In this document: piece by piece, positions 37,587-51,242 of the stretch
Numbering within the stretch: position 1 is the stretch's first letter
Layout: the number at the start of each line of letters is the position of its first letter
From: Eledone cirrhosa
Taxonomy: Eukaryota
Direction: 5' to 3'
Assembly: GCA_964016885.1 (NCBI GenBank)
Contig: OZ024740.1
Location: forward strand, 90,024,001 to 90,088,000
DNA length: 64,000 nucleotides
Notes under the pieces: generated by a model
What the model saw: the letters and a program-made list of their open reading frames with translations, nothing else
What the model was told of the DNA's origin: nothing
Database searches by the model: none
Program-made: the position numbers and the translations under genes

Positions 37587-38218
37587 CAGAATGTGGTAAA
37601 TTGTTTACTTTGCGTAGGTGCCAGTGGATCACTCTGCCCATCACATCATGTCTCCAGCCTTTATAGTGAGTCTGGGCTAGGTGTTTACACTCGGTTGCAA
37701 TATAAGCCACAGTCTCGTCTCTCTCCACAGATCCTACACCGTAGGCTAGCCTCCTCCTCGTAAATATGGTGTTTCATCCACTTCGTTTTGAGGCCTGCTC
37801 TTGCGCAGCCATTAGCATTCCTTCTGTACCCTTTTTAAGGTCTCCTCTTTTTAACCAGTTCCATGTCTGTGTATCACTAAATTCAGTTTTCTCAAAGAAG
37901 GTACTATTAAGGGATTGTTCATGAAGGTTACTATTCCTTCCTGCTGTTATTTCCTCCTTGGACATAACTGGTCTATTGTCCTCTCCTTCAGTACAATTAT
38001 GAACATTGGCTCCCTACTGTCAGTCACGTATTTGTGCAGGTTATTTTTCTCCTTCTGAACACAGTCCTCTGTGCTGATAAGAACTCTTCCACATTCAGAT
38101 CTCTTTAAGTAGAGTCTATCGACATCACTCCTCTTGTGGAACATGTAGATAGTGGACATTGTAGATAGTCAATCGCTTCCAAGTCTTCCTATCCATTTAT
38201 TTTTGTTCAGCAACACTA
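37587..38218 (-). mobile_element. R4/Dong-like fragment (post-RT to zinc finger)
   Basis: Highly similar to 32655-33265 (WLKRGDLKK.TEGMLMAAQEQ, ETVAYIATECK). Confidence 0.9.
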
Positions 38219-38219
38219 T

Positions 38220-40660
38220 TAATATCACAATACACAGCCATAGACACAGACAACACAAAGCTTTTAAATTACATTCAACAACACACCAACATCACAGAAA
38301 CAATGTACGTACAAACCACCAAAATTGCACCCCCACACATAAAAATAATATAAATTACACAATCAAATTACATAACATTCAAAAAAAAATGTTCCCCACA
38401 TCAATTGGAGACTCCCGAGGGAACATCACCAAAAGAATATTCACGGATATTCTCCTCGAGAAACCCAATGGTCGCAGGGATGGATCACCCACCCCTTACT
38501 AAAGAAGAACAACAGGTAATTGTTTGTGTACCTATCCCTTCTCACTTGTTTTCCTCCTATCCTAGCCAACATGGCTACTCTCAGAATAGGTAGCATAAAT
38601 GTACGTGGCCTGGGGTCGTCTTGGAAGCAAGGCCACCTGCTGAACGATCTCGGGTCGCTAAACATAGATGTGGTGGCCATCAGTGAAACCAGAATCTCCG
38701 AGGCACGGGCCTTCGCACCGATATTCGGCGGCTAAGATCTGTACGCATCTCCCAGCCGTCCTGGGTCGGTGGAGGGGGGAGTTGCTGTGCTTTTTCGGAG
38801 AGGTTTGGATCTCGCCATACGAGACATCTTCCTGGACCCAGAAGGTAAGGTGGTGGTGCTGGACGTGACAAGCGGAGACAGGCAAGCTTTTAGGCTAGTG
38901 GCCGTCTATGCCCCGACAGGAGCTATTGACTATCTACAACATGTTCCACAAGAAAGCTGGAGCTGTTGCAGGGCACCCACTCAAACCGGGACGTGGACAG
39001 GCGGTGTCGGCTTATGCGGACGACATCACCGTGATGGTGTCAGACTGCTCGGAAATCGAACTGGTCGGTACATTATTGAAGGAATATGAAAGGTTGACAG
39101 GAGCGAAACTTAACCACAAAAGGTCGGTAGGCTTGCAGCTCGGAACCTGGTGAGGCAGCCTATGCCGTCCAACAGCGTTGTGGGGCGCTGGACGGACGGA
39201 CCGGTAAAGTTGCTCGGGGTTTGGTTCGGACCAGACCTGCAGGTGGAAAATACTTGGGAGGAGGTAACGAACAGAGTAGCCAGTCTCACCCCAAAAATGG
39301 GATGAGAGGAAGCTATCACTGAAAGGTCGCGTGGTGGTGGTGAATGCGTACATCGAGTCCCTCATCTACTGCCACCTGACCGTCGTGCCATGCCCCCGTC
39401 CGCGCCTCGTCATGTTGGAACGGCTCCTCTTCAAATTCTTGTGGAAAGGACCAGTTCCGTTGGTGAGGCTGTCCATCTGCTGCCAGCGCCCTCTACGCGG
39501 AGGGCTGGGCATATTGTGGCTAATGATGCGCAGACATGCGCTAAGGCTGAGATATCTCCAGATATTCTGCCTAAACGGTGAACAGTGTTTCGCCGTTTAT
39601 CAGACGGGCCTTTCCACAGCTTATTTCTTTGACTGAGACGCAGTCCTGGGTCAAGAAGAGACCGATACTAGGTGACTAGCACTAGGAATGTTGTCAGGCA
39701 CTCTCTGCCCTCTACCAAGTGGGCAATGCGATTAGTTGAACTTCCACTCTCGAGTTTTATAGAGGATTAGTGGTGGGAGAGTGCGATGACACACTCGGAG
39801 AAGCTTGGGGCCTCGACGAAGTCAAACTGACCAGTCTGTACAGGAGGTCTTTCGAGCCGGGGACGATGGACATTTCCAGAAATCCTTCGCTTTGCAGTGA
39901 TAGCGGGGGGGGGGGGGCACTGCAGGTTCGGGATAAACTCTACAGACACGGAAGTGCTGTCAGACGGACCTGCCCAAGATAAGCACAGAGCGACGAAACC
40001 GTTCTGCACGCACTTGTCCAAAGTTCGTGCATTACTGCCTTGTGGTTTTATGTCGAACAGCTACTGTCGCGTGTGGAACGGAACCGGCTATCGGCCGAGT
40101 CCATAGTGAAGATCGACCCGCCGCCTTCCTTAGGCCAGGAAGAGGAGTCTGTCCAGCGGCCATTGCGAAAGAGGTTATATGTGGACCAGATTAAAAGGAC
40201 TGAAGACATACACTTTTCTCTTCGGCCACTCCCTCATCAACTTCTTCAAGTTTCACCTGGAAAAGAAGGTGAGGGTGGAGAGAGAAGTGCTGCCCCTCCC
40301 CGTACATTTGTTTAAAGGTAGATGAATGTGGCGTGAATGGCTCGTGTGAATGGGCCTACATAGACCATGCGCCTATAGGCTAGCTAACTTGAGGAGAGGG
40401 TGCTCTCCCTGAGTGCACTAGAAGCCCAGGGTTGTTCAGGATTGGTGGGGTACCTGAGTCACCCCAGGGTCGTCCACCCCCTATCGGGGAATTTATTTTG
40501 TTATATTTATGCATAGTTTATTTTATACTGTTATATCTTCATTGTTAACTTAGTCTTGCCATTATGCACTTTTACTCGACCTTATTGTAAACCCCACTGT
40601 CTCTGTCTTTGTATTGTCCCCTCCATATCGGCCCTTGTGGCTAATAAATGAAATCATTAT
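38220..40660 (+). mobile_element. Rearranged Tx1 copy (ORF1 tail, APE start, RT C-half, 3'UTR)
   Basis: MATLRIGSINVRGLG, AYADDITV, LGVWFGPDL; 3' end cccttgtggctaataaatgaaatc-att. Confidence 0.92.
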
Positions 40661-40669
40661 TTTTATTAT

Positions 40670-40858
40670 TGCTTTTTCATTTTTATTGTTTACATATATA
40701 TATATGTTTCTATACCTTTTTCTTTTTCTTTTCTCATATAAATAATAAAAATCTTTACACGAACAAAACCCACATCGTACCGACCTGTACCGTCCTGTGC
40801 CGTCTGTAATGTTTTTCTTGATGTCAGCCTTTGTGGCCAATAGAGAAATCATTATTAT
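40670..40858 (+). mobile_element. Additional Tx1 3'UTR fragment
   Basis: tgtaccgtcctg...ctttgtggccaatagagaaatc-attattatt resembles 31985-32070. Confidence 0.7.
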
Positions 40859-41036
40859 TTTTATTGCTATTATTATTATATTATTGTTGTTGTTGTTGCT
40901 ATTGTTGTTATTCTATCCCCCTCCTCCTTCTCCTCCTCCTCCTCATTCTCCCCCACCTCCTCCTCCTTCTTATTATTCTTATTCTTCTTCTTCTTCTTCT
41001 TCTTCTTCTTCTTCTTCTTCTTCTTCTTCTTCTTCT

Positions 41037-42400
41037 CCGTCCTATGATTCCTGAGTGGCTTATGCGTGCAGAGTCCTCAAACATTCCTTCCACGGGTCCT
41101 GTCAGAAGCAAGCCCCTCAAACTAATCCGGCTGGATCCCCAAGTGAGACAAACTAAGCCCATGGATGTTATCCAACAACCTTCTTCGGGATCTATCCCTG
41201 GATCTCCTGTTGGTTGATTTAAAATCTGGCCACTGACTATTTTTGGTGACAGTCAACCCTCATGCTCACAGTAATGGAGCTCTGACCTTTTATTTCAGAG
41301 AAGTAGCAGCTCAGCCTGGTGTTCCTCTCTAATCTCCGAGCGACAAACTCTAATAAGAAACGTTACTCCATAGACCCTCGGAGGAATCCTATTCCAGCTG
41401 CTTGTATTCGCGATTGTATTATTTTTGTCATCGCCTAAGATTCATGACCATATATAAGGGTTCGCGCGAAAAACGAATTGAAAATTATGAGTTTTTCTGT
41501 TACGCCTGCTTCGTCCGAGGCGCAAACTACAGTGTTCATCAGCTAGCTTGGACTCAACTATCCCTCTGTTTCTCTTTGCTAGACATTTAACATATACCTT
41601 ACCGTGGATGTTTAACAAGGACAACCCTCTGTAATTGGAATAATCTAACTTGTGTCGCTTTTTCGAAAACTGGTATTTTCACTCAAGATTCTCATTGCTT
41701 ATGTGCGAGTCTAGACATCCAGACCACCCGGAACACACAGGTCAGCCAGAGAATACCTTCTCTATTTAATGATCGGAATTTATTTTCCAGAGAGGCCTTG
41801 CTGCATTTGAACTCTTTAACCGTTATTGTGACCTCAGTTTCTGAGAGATTTTTACCTCTCTCAGATGCCCTTTGTTTACATCAGAAGGTGTTGTTTTGAT
41901 AGGGTTTAGGAAATTAGCAAATATATTGTCTCCTCCTCGTGAAGATGCACCTCTCCGAAACAGGAGAACCCCAGTTGTGATCGTGATATCTGGTGTGGTG
42001 GAGAGCTTGTTATCACGGAGTCGGTGAATGGTCTGCCAGAACACTTTATTTGCTGATCTGAAGTCGGATTCCCTCTTAAACTCGAGGTCCACCCATGTCA
42101 TAACTTTGGATGTCTTTACTTTGTCTGTTACTAGTATTCGTACCTATTTGTACGGTGCAGGAAGGATGGTTTATTTCCAAGCCACGATTTGTATACTTGC
42201 TTCTTTGCTCGGATGGCATCGTTGATCTCTTCATTGAACCACTTTGGCTTGCAGCATTTAACAATCTCCTCGCTGTTTCAATGTCCTCAGTTATCTCAAG
42301 GTATTCTCAGAATGTTGATGCAATAGTATCTGCATACCTGGTCCTGACTTCCTTATCCAGCAATGCTTTCCACTTTATCCTCTAGGTCACCGTAGACCTG
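41037..42400 (-). mobile_element. Degenerate RTE (Expander/Rex3-like) LINE with (GAA)n tail
   Basis: DFRSANKVFWQTIHRLR, NYRGLSLLNIHGKVY; 3' end runs into the (TTC)n tract at 40982-41035. Confidence 0.78.
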
Positions 42401-42908
42401 CTAGTATAGTGGGGTACCTTGGCTTCAGTTAATCTTGAGATAACTAAGTTGATTATGATAGTGTCAGTGCAATTTATCATGAGGTTATGTAATCTATATT
42501 GATTTGGGGAAAAGTATCAAAATCTAAACATTCTACTACGAATAATATAAATACGCGCACGCACATAAATACAGAGACACATACACACACATACACACGC
42601 ACACATATTTTTTAATTCAGTAAATAAACATTTTATAAAATAATATTCGGTATGCACGACCTGGAAGTAGCTTTAAACGGTAAACAGAATCATTTGGAGG
42701 TTACCATGTAATTGTATGGCAATTCTACGATTTATTCGAACGTTAGCGCAATTTATCTATATTCAAATGATGTTTTTAGCAGATATTTATCGATCGTGAA
42801 TGAAATAACGTAGTGCTTTGTATGTAAACAGAAAGAATATGTTGTTTTACATCGACGAATTCCAAAAGAAAACAGAGGAGTCTCAGCGTCAGAATGCACA
42901 AGAAATAC

Positions 42909-42943
<35 letters not shown>

Positions 42944-42945
42944 CA

Positions 42946-42987
<42 letters not shown>

Positions 42988-43917
42988 AACACACACACAC
43001 ATACACACGTACACACATATACACGTGTGTGTTTGTGTTTATATAGTTATGTATAAATATATGTGTGTCTGTATACAATATGAGGCTGGACCTCAAATTC
43101 TAAATTCATTGAATTATACATAGAAACATAATTAAAGAAATATATGAAGAAAAACATATATAAATAAAACAAAGAACGATGAGAGGCTATACTACTAACA
43201 ATATTATCATTTCTATGTCTAACCAATATTTTCTTATATAAACTGTGGTACTTCGAAAAACAATATTTATCTAAACAACGCTACTAAAAGTGGCATTAAT
43301 GGCGTCGGAATGGCTAGCATATTATTGAGTGTTATTCAAACAGTGATAATTCTTAGTTTCACAATATTTGTCGTATTAGTGCGTTTACCATTAGTAACAC
43401 CCGTATGAGAATGTAAAATCAGATATGATAACTACATTGTATTCGCAATGATGAAAATAAGCGTACCATTTAAAGAAACGGCATCTAAACGAATATAAAA
43501 TATAGTGCTTAGAATATAAACTGGTTTTCATCATTTATAGTAATCTTTGAATGAAGAGAAATACTTTGAGTACCAAATCATGATTCTACGGTTACTTACT
43601 TGTCTTTTAACGATATCTATGAACGTTGTGATAGTCAAGGCTTTTTTATAACTTCTAGCTGAACAGCATGCGTATTATACTTAACTACATTTAAGTATTG
43701 CATAAAGAACACATTACTTGAAATTATTCAGCTATTTATTTCATTCCTGGTAAAATAAGGGAATACTAATATCAGAACTTGCATGTATATAAATAACACA
43801 CAAATTAAGCCAATATGAAATTTCGAATTCACTTTCATTCAATGAGTTTAATTAGTGGAGGAAACTCAGTGCTCCGTAACTGCAGTGTATGTTTATATAT
43901 TTAACATACACTAAATA

Positions 43918-45226
43918 CGAGGGGAGATCAACACTTCGCGGAATTTTTCAGAAAATATTCTATTTTTCAAAAAATATGATTTGCCTTCGATTTATTTTTC
44001 TACATAGTTGCCATCCAGGTCAATACACTTGACAAGGCGATGCTTCCAGCTTCGTAAGCCGTCTCTAAAGAAAGATGAAGGCCTTGTTCGAAGCCATGTG
44101 TTGGCAGTGTTTTAGCTTCTTCAACACCACGAAAACGGGTTCCTTTTAGCATTTCTTTGAGTTTTGGAAAGAGGAAAAAGTCTGATGGGTTAAATATGGA
44201 CTATAAGGCGGGTGAGGAAGCACTTCCCATCGAAATTCTCGAAGAACTTCTTTTGCAACCCACGCAGAATGCACTGGTGCATTGTCAGGGTGAAACAAGA
44301 TCCCACCATGAAGTTTCCCTTTTCGTTTATTGACTAATGCCTCTTTCAGCTTCCTTAAAACATTCGCATAGTAAGCTCCTGTCACAGTTCTTTGACCTTC
44401 AAGATAATCTATTAGTATCACCCCATCTGAATCCCAGAAAATGGTGGCCATCACTTTTTGATCCGACTTTTGAGATTTGAACTTGATTGGCCAGGATGAT
44501 CCACGTGGAAGCCACTGTTTTGACTGCTGTTTGGATTCAGCATCATACTGGTAGATCCAGGTTTCATCTCCGGTGATGATTCTGGTCAGGAAATGCTCTT
44601 CATCAACTTCAATTTTGTTTAATATCGCCAAAGACAGATCACTTCGAAGAATCAGCTGATCAGGGCGCAACGCTTTTGGGACACATCGCGCTGAAAGCTT
44701 GCTTAGTCACAAATTATCGTGCAGAATTGAATTTGCCGAGCCATATGAAATGTCTAGGGACTTAGCTAACTGATTAACTGTTATTCTTCGATCTTCTTCA
44801 ATTAAAGTCAGAGCAGCCTCATCGCTTTGGTCATGTTTTGATGTTTCTAGTCTTCCACTGTGATGGTCGTCTTCAAGGTCGTCTCTCCCTTGTTTGAATC
44901 GCTGAATCCACTTGTAGACAGCAGTTTACCTTGGAGCAGTAGTACCGAAAACTTTAACTAAAGCCTCCATAATCTGTGTCCCTTTCCATTTGAGTTTCAC
45001 CAGAAACTTGATATTCGATCTTATCTCAAAATAACTATATTCCATTGTTCCAAAAAGTGGTTTTTTAAAGAGTGTCAGTACTGTACAATAGTCCACGCAT
45101 AACTGACTGCAAGTGACTAATAGCAAGGTAAACACCCAGTGACAATGTTCTGACATGTTTAATATTGTTTTAATCTATTTTTTTCTTACTACGATAAAAT
45201 TCCGCTAACTTTTTGATCCCCCCTCG
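43918..45226 (-). mobile_element. Full-length defective mariner transposon
   Basis: Imperfect ~30-bp TIRs cgaggggagatcaa / ttgatccccccctcg with TA TSDs. Confidence 0.93.
43992..45045 (-). pseudogene. Mariner DD34D transposase pseudogene
   Basis: IRSNIKF..VYKWIQRF, ARCVP (WVP), ITGDETW, HPDNAP, HPPYSPYL (third Asp lost); stops and a frameshift. Confidence 0.93.
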
Positions 45227-45381
45227 TATATCGATATTTCCACACACCTTCAATACACTTCAAGACATAAACTCACACACATTTATAAACACACTCACAC
45301 ACTCTCACACACACATCTATATGTATATGTATATATATATGTGTGTGTTTATATATATGAGTGTATATATATATGTGTGTG

Positions 45382-45492
<111 letters not shown>

Positions 45493-45731
45493 TAAAATAA
45501 CAGATTATATATATAAAAGAAGATGAAATCGAAAATGCAACTGGTGTCTTATTTTAAAAATATATATATATTTATTTGGTTCCTCTACCGGTTTCGCAGT
45601 TCTTCTGCTTTTCAAAAGTAGAGTTGAGATAGACGGTCTGTGGTTTTTCTCACATCTGATGTGAGAAAAACCACAAAGCGGGCGTTATAATAAACGTTCG
45701 CTAAACTGATACGTACATATATATATGTGTA

Positions 45732-45803
<72 letters not shown>

Positions 45804-45851
45804 TGCTACTGTACGTCTGTATACATATATGTATGTACGTATACATACATA

Positions 45852-45904
<53 letters not shown>

Positions 45905-45909
45905 GTAAG

Positions 45910-45967
<58 letters not shown>

Positions 45968-45973
<6 letters not shown>

Positions 45974-46283
45974 TTCTTGGGACGACCAGCGTTTCTTGCT
46001 CCATGAGATGGACTCCATAACAACACATCACCTGCTATTTTTTCATTGCTGTGCCAACAGTGGCCAGCAAACCTGAGTCTCTGTCCACGTATTGCGCTGC
46101 TGATAGGTGGTATATTGCCATAGATATCCTTCTTTGTTGGGTCTTCCCTCCAAGACACGTTTAAAGCAGCTTGAGGACGATACTGGATGCACTGCGGAAG
46201 AATTGGCAAATGCTATGAGAGACAGAGATGGATAGAGGAAACGTGAGGTAGAAAGCCGAGCAAGCTCGACCTGATGGTGATGA
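45968..46283 (+). mobile_element. RTE-X-like LINE 3' fragment with 5' inversion, inserted in (TA)n
   Basis: Minus 45968-46166 LRFAGHCWH...GRPKKTYI; plus 46167-46283 QLEDDTGCTAEELANAMRDRDG followed by (gat) tail. Confidence 0.8.
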
Positions 46284-46296
46284 TATATATATATAT

Positions 46297-46328
<32 letters not shown>

Positions 46329-46345
46329 TGAGAGAGAGAGAGAGG

Positions 46346-46394
<49 letters not shown>

Positions 46395-46779
46395 TTATTA
46401 TATTGATTGATAGGTACAAATATGCAATGTGTCGAATAAATCAAGTCCTTAGGGCGGGGTTTGAATATAATTTCGAAGGCTAGTTACTACATCAGCGACA
46501 TACGGTATGTACGTTTCGTTAGCTTTGAGGACCAACGTATTCAACCTCTGTCCCGTATTTAGAGAAAAGAAAAATTACTGAACACAGTTGGAACAACTTG
46601 TTCCTCGGGGCTAACGAAACGTACGTACCTTGTATGTCACTGTTGTAGTAACTGATATTTTTTTTTTATTTTGCCTATTCCAGCATCAGACCAACACATC
46701 TTTTTGTTCTGTTGCACAAGCTATCCTTATATAAATGGTCGCCCCTTTTTCAGCGCGAAAACATGTTCGTATTTCTACA

Positions 46780-47655
46780 GTTCTGTATTTCACCTTATTT
46801 TATCTTCTTCATTCTTTCTCAAGGGTTGCGTTGGCTTACACGATTGCCATCACACTTACTAGTGTTCCTATGACAATCGGGACGACTTTGATCTCATGAC
46901 TGTCCCTTATCTTTTTTAACTCCCACTTTAAATCCTGGTATCGGTCAATTTCCTCCTTCTCCTTTTCTTTCACTCTTGTGTCCAAAAGGCAGACGTTTCT
47001 ATTGTATTGATTGTACTTTTCGTAATATGTGTGCAGTGTCTAGGTGTGCACTCTTGTGTATGCTGTATTGCTGTATATATTTGTAAGTGCTGGGGTTTGG
47101 GCTATGTATTTGTCTGGGTGTGGTTTTTTTTGTATCGTTTCTATAACACCTATTACTACAGGTATTGTTTCTGTGTTCATTCTTCACATTCTTTCTCTAG
47201 ATATTTATCTTTGGAGAGTTTCTGTTTCCTCGGAAGATATACTGTCGTCTCTGGAGATTGATACATCTATTAGACGGCATTTTTTCTTTGTGGTCTTTGA
47301 TTATAATATTTGGTCGGTTCGCTTTGATATCTATGTATGTATTTGTATATCCTTGCTTTGTCATTCTCTGACACATTTTCTGGTTTGGGTTTGTACCATC
47401 TTTTTTCTGTTGGTATTTCATAAATCTGACAAAAGGTCCTGTGTATGGAAATCTCAACACTATCATACCTGTGGATATATTATTTTTTTTATCTAAAGCT
47501 GTTTATCCAGGGACTATGTGTTTAACTGTTTCTTCCCTACCCCCACATATTCCACAGTTACATATTGGGCTTTATTTCATTATGCACTTCTTGCAGTTTC
47601 TGGTTGGTAGACTCTTGTCCTGCTCTGCAATTAGAAATCCTTCCGAGGGTTGATT
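46780..47655 (-). mobile_element. Two adjacent R4/Dong-like RLE 3' fragments from different subfamilies
   Basis: 46860-46990 YQDLKWEL..VVPIVIGTL; 46998-47655 SEGFLIAEQD, CGICGG.EETVKHIV, NRPNIIIKD..LIDVS, TAHILRKV. Confidence 0.8.
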
Positions 47656-47664
47656 TGCAGTATA

Positions 47665-47872
47665 GGCAGATCATCGGAAACCTTTCTTCGAAGCATAGAG
47701 TTACGACCCTCTACGTTCTGAGTTCATATCCCGCCGAGGTTTTCTTTGCCCTTCATCCCTACGGGGCTGAGAAAATACAGCACCAATAATGCAATGGGGT
47801 CAATAATAATCGACTTTTCCCTCCCCTTCAATTTGTTGGCCTTGTGCCTAAAGTAGAAACAATTATTATTAT
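47665..47872 (+). mobile_element. tRNA-derived SINE related to 5121-5299
   Basis: ctgagttcatatcccgccgagg...ttcatccctacgggg...ggccttgtgcctaaagtagaaacaattatt. Confidence 0.85.
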
Positions 47873-48322
47873 CATTATGTATATTTGTATTATTATTTCT
47901 GCAAAATGATATTAAATATGTGATTACCAAGATATATTTTGAAGTAATATGATTGCAATTAAGCCGTACGAAAATCATTTATTTTAATAAAAAATATCTA
48001 CGTTAAACTAAAGTAAATTGATGTGATATGTAATTGTTATGTCATTTATTGTTTAAAATATAACTTCATTAATATATTGATATACATTTGGGATAGAGTG
48101 ATAATTAGGTGCACTGAAATTTAGGGTATAATTTCATCAACACGCCATGCACCACTCACTAAGTACATGCAAGTATGTATATATGTATGGCAGCCTCGAC
48201 TTTATTAATGCATTGAGCTTATCTTATCTTACCAAAATATATGTGGATTATAACCTACTTATTATATCTATCTATCTCCCTATCTATCTATTTACCTCTC
48301 TCTCTGTCTATTTATATATCTT

Positions 48323-48429
<107 letters not shown>

Positions 48430-48487
48430 CGTAAAATAAGAACATTTAAAAAATTTTTTTTTTTAAATTAACTTACTTAAATTTTCA

Positions 48488-48567
48488 CTCCAACTAATTA
48501 GTTTCTGCAATGGGATAAAGACAGTTACGTAATGAACTGTTGAGAATTTCATTGCGTCATCAGGGAG
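48488..48567 (-). ncRNA. Type I hammerhead, inverted copy
   Basis: ctcc-CTGATGA-c gcaatg..cattgc a-GAAA-ctaattag-TT-ggag. Confidence 0.82.
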
Positions 48568-48662
48568 GTCTATTCTCAGCTGTTCCATTTACCGAATTAT
48601 TATTATTTTTATATGAGTCCCCAGTGTCCGCGCATTGCCTGAAGACTTGGCTGAGAATAGAC

Positions 48663-48742
48663 CTCCCTGATGACGCAATAACATTCTCAACAGTTCATTA
48701 TGTAACTGTCTTTATTCCATTGCAGAAACTACTTAGTTGGAG
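48663..48742 (+). ncRNA. Type I hammerhead, array unit 1 (substitutions in stems II and III)
   Basis: ctcc-CTGATGA-cgcaata..cattgca-GAAA-ctacttag-TT-ggag. Confidence 0.78.
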
Positions 48743-49210
48743 TGAAAATTTAAGTAAGTAAGTTACTTTTTTTAAATTTTTTTTTTTTATTTTCTTATTT
48801 TACGTCTTTTATATTATTGTTCTGCATCCTCCTGCATTGAACCACCTAGGTACTATGACAAAACCTGTGTACTTGCTGGCATTGGCGTACATCTGTGCGC
48901 TTATGTTAGTAGATATATTAATTATCTATATTTAAATCCAAATCACTGATTTGTCGAGCAAACCTGCCAAAACCACAACTAAAAATTTGGTGTGTTAGTA
49001 GACGTCTGTCATCTTACCATCCCATTCCTACCGACTAGCCTCAGTGTCACGTGATTGATTCTTTAGAATCGGCCATTTGACCAGTGGCAGCGAGAATGTT
49101 CAGTGCTTGGAATCCAGTCCCCGATAGCTGTTCCATTTACCGAATTATTATTATTTTTATATGAGTCCCCAGTGTCCGCACATTGCCTGGAGACTTGGCT
49201 GAGAATAGAC

Positions 49211-49288
49211 CTCCCTGATGACGCAATGAAATTCTCAATAGTTCATTACGTAACTCTTTATCCCATTGCAGAAACTAATTAGTTGGAG
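49211..49288 (+). ncRNA. Type I hammerhead, array unit 2
   Basis: ctcc-CTGATGA-cgcaatg..cattgca-GAAA-ctaattag-TT-ggag. Confidence 0.83.
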
Positions 49289-49752
49289 TGAAAATTTAAG
49301 TAAGTTAATTTAAAAAAAAAAATTTTTTTAATTTTCTTATTTTACGTCTTTTATATTATTGTTCTGCATCCTCCTGCATTGAACCACCTAGGTACTATGA
49401 CAAAACCTGTGTATTTGCTGGCATTGGCGTACATCTGTGCGCTTATGTTAGTAGATATATTAATTATCTATATTTAACTCCAAATCACTGATTTGTCGAG
49501 CAAACCTGCCAAAATCACAACTAAAAATTTGGTGTGTTAGTAGGCGTCTGTCATCTTACCATGCCATTCCTACCGACTAGCCTCAGTGTCACGTGATTGA
49601 TTCTTTAGAATCGGCCATTCGACCAGTGGCAGCGAGAATTTTCAGTGCTTGGAATCCAGTCCCCGATAGCTGTTCCATTTACCGAATAATTATCATTTTT
49701 ATATGAGTCCCCAGTGTCCGCGCATTGCCTGGAGACTTGACTGAGAATAGAC

Positions 49753-49832
49753 CTCCCTGATGACGCAATGAAATTATCAACAGTTCATTACGTAACTGTC
49801 TTTATCCCATTGCAGAAACTAATTAGTTGGAG
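49753..49832 (+). ncRNA. Type I hammerhead, array unit 3
   Basis: Same motif as unit 2. Confidence 0.83.
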
Positions 49833-50010
49833 TGAAAATTTAAGTAAGTAAGTTAATTTAAAAAAATAGTTTTTTAAATTTTCTTATTTTACGTCTTTTA
49901 TATTATTGTTCTGCATCCTCCTGCATTGAACCACCTAGGTACTATGACAAAACCTGTGTATTTGCTGGCATTGGCGTACATCTGTGCGCTTATGTTAGTA
50001 GATTTATTAA

Positions 50011-50108
<98 letters not shown>

Positions 50109-50295
50109 GGTGGTGGCCACCTCGTTTTGTTTTCGAGTACGGCCACTACTTTATATCCATGTAGGAGAACCCCTACCGATGCGCTGAACGAGTGTGACTC
50201 TAGAGTCCAGCCAGCGACTTGAAAACTCTGGTACAAACACTACACTTGTGACAATTATTGACACATAGTGTCATATATATATATATATATATATA

Positions 50296-50382
<87 letters not shown>

Positions 50383-50396
50383 ATATCTATATCTAT

Positions 50397-50441
<45 letters not shown>

Positions 50442-50512
50442 TATGTACATGTACTCAGCCGTTAATATGCATAAGGTAAGTATATACGTTCAACAATCTG
50501 GCAGGAAGGTAT

Positions 50513-50555
50513 ACGTTGCTGACGATAGCTAACAAGCTTGAAACTAGTACAGCGT
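50513..50555 (+). ncRNA. Minimal type I hammerhead
   Basis: acgttg-CTGACGA-t agct aaca agct t-GAAA-ctag-TA-cagcgt. Confidence 0.88.
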
Positions 50556-50934
50556 TCCTTTGTCAGTGTTGAACAAACGAGCAACGGTGGTTGCTAGACA
50601 CTACGGCTTAATACGGGATGTTTGTTTACAAACACACCGAGCATTATAATAAATGTTCGGTGAATCCATACGTGCATATATATATGTGTGCATGTATGTA
50701 TATATATATATACATACTACTGTACGTCGGTATACATATATGTATGTACGTGTACATACTTATATTTAAGTAACAGCCGTACTAAGAGTGGGAAATGAAA
50801 TATCGTTTCATTTTTTCCGTTTATCGTTTTCGGTGCACCCGGCCGATTAACCCACTCGATATGCATATTGGGCTACTCAGCCGTTAATATGCATAAGGTA
50901 AGTATATACGTTCAACAATCTGGCAGGAAGGTAT

Positions 50935-50977
50935 ACGTTGCTGACGATAGCTAACAAGCTTGAAACTAGTACAGCGT
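50935..50977 (+). ncRNA. Minimal type I hammerhead, second unit
   Basis: Identical to 50513-50555. Confidence 0.88.
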
Positions 50978-51242
50978 TCCTTTGTCAGTGTTGAACAAAC
51001 GAGCAACGGTGGTTGCTAGACACTACGGCTTAATACGGGATGTTTGTTTACAAACACACCGAGCATTATAATAAATGTTCGGTGAATCCATACGTGCATA
51101 TATATATATGTGTGCATGTATGTATATATATATATACATACTACTGTACGTCGGTATACATATATGTATGTACGTGTACATACTTATATTTAAGTAACAG
51201 CCGTACTAAGAGTGGGAAATGAAATATCGTTTCATTTTTTCC

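Noticed and set aside
48652-48690. Alternative type III hammerhead fold using tgagaaT/Attctca
   Set aside because: Stems I and II cannot form; the type I fold with the downstream GAAA-ctaattag-TT-ggag fits all elements
48578-50014. Arrays considered as CRISPR-like or as assembly duplications
   Set aside because: Whole units repeat with no unique spacers, there are no cas genes, and units differ by scattered substitutions and indels
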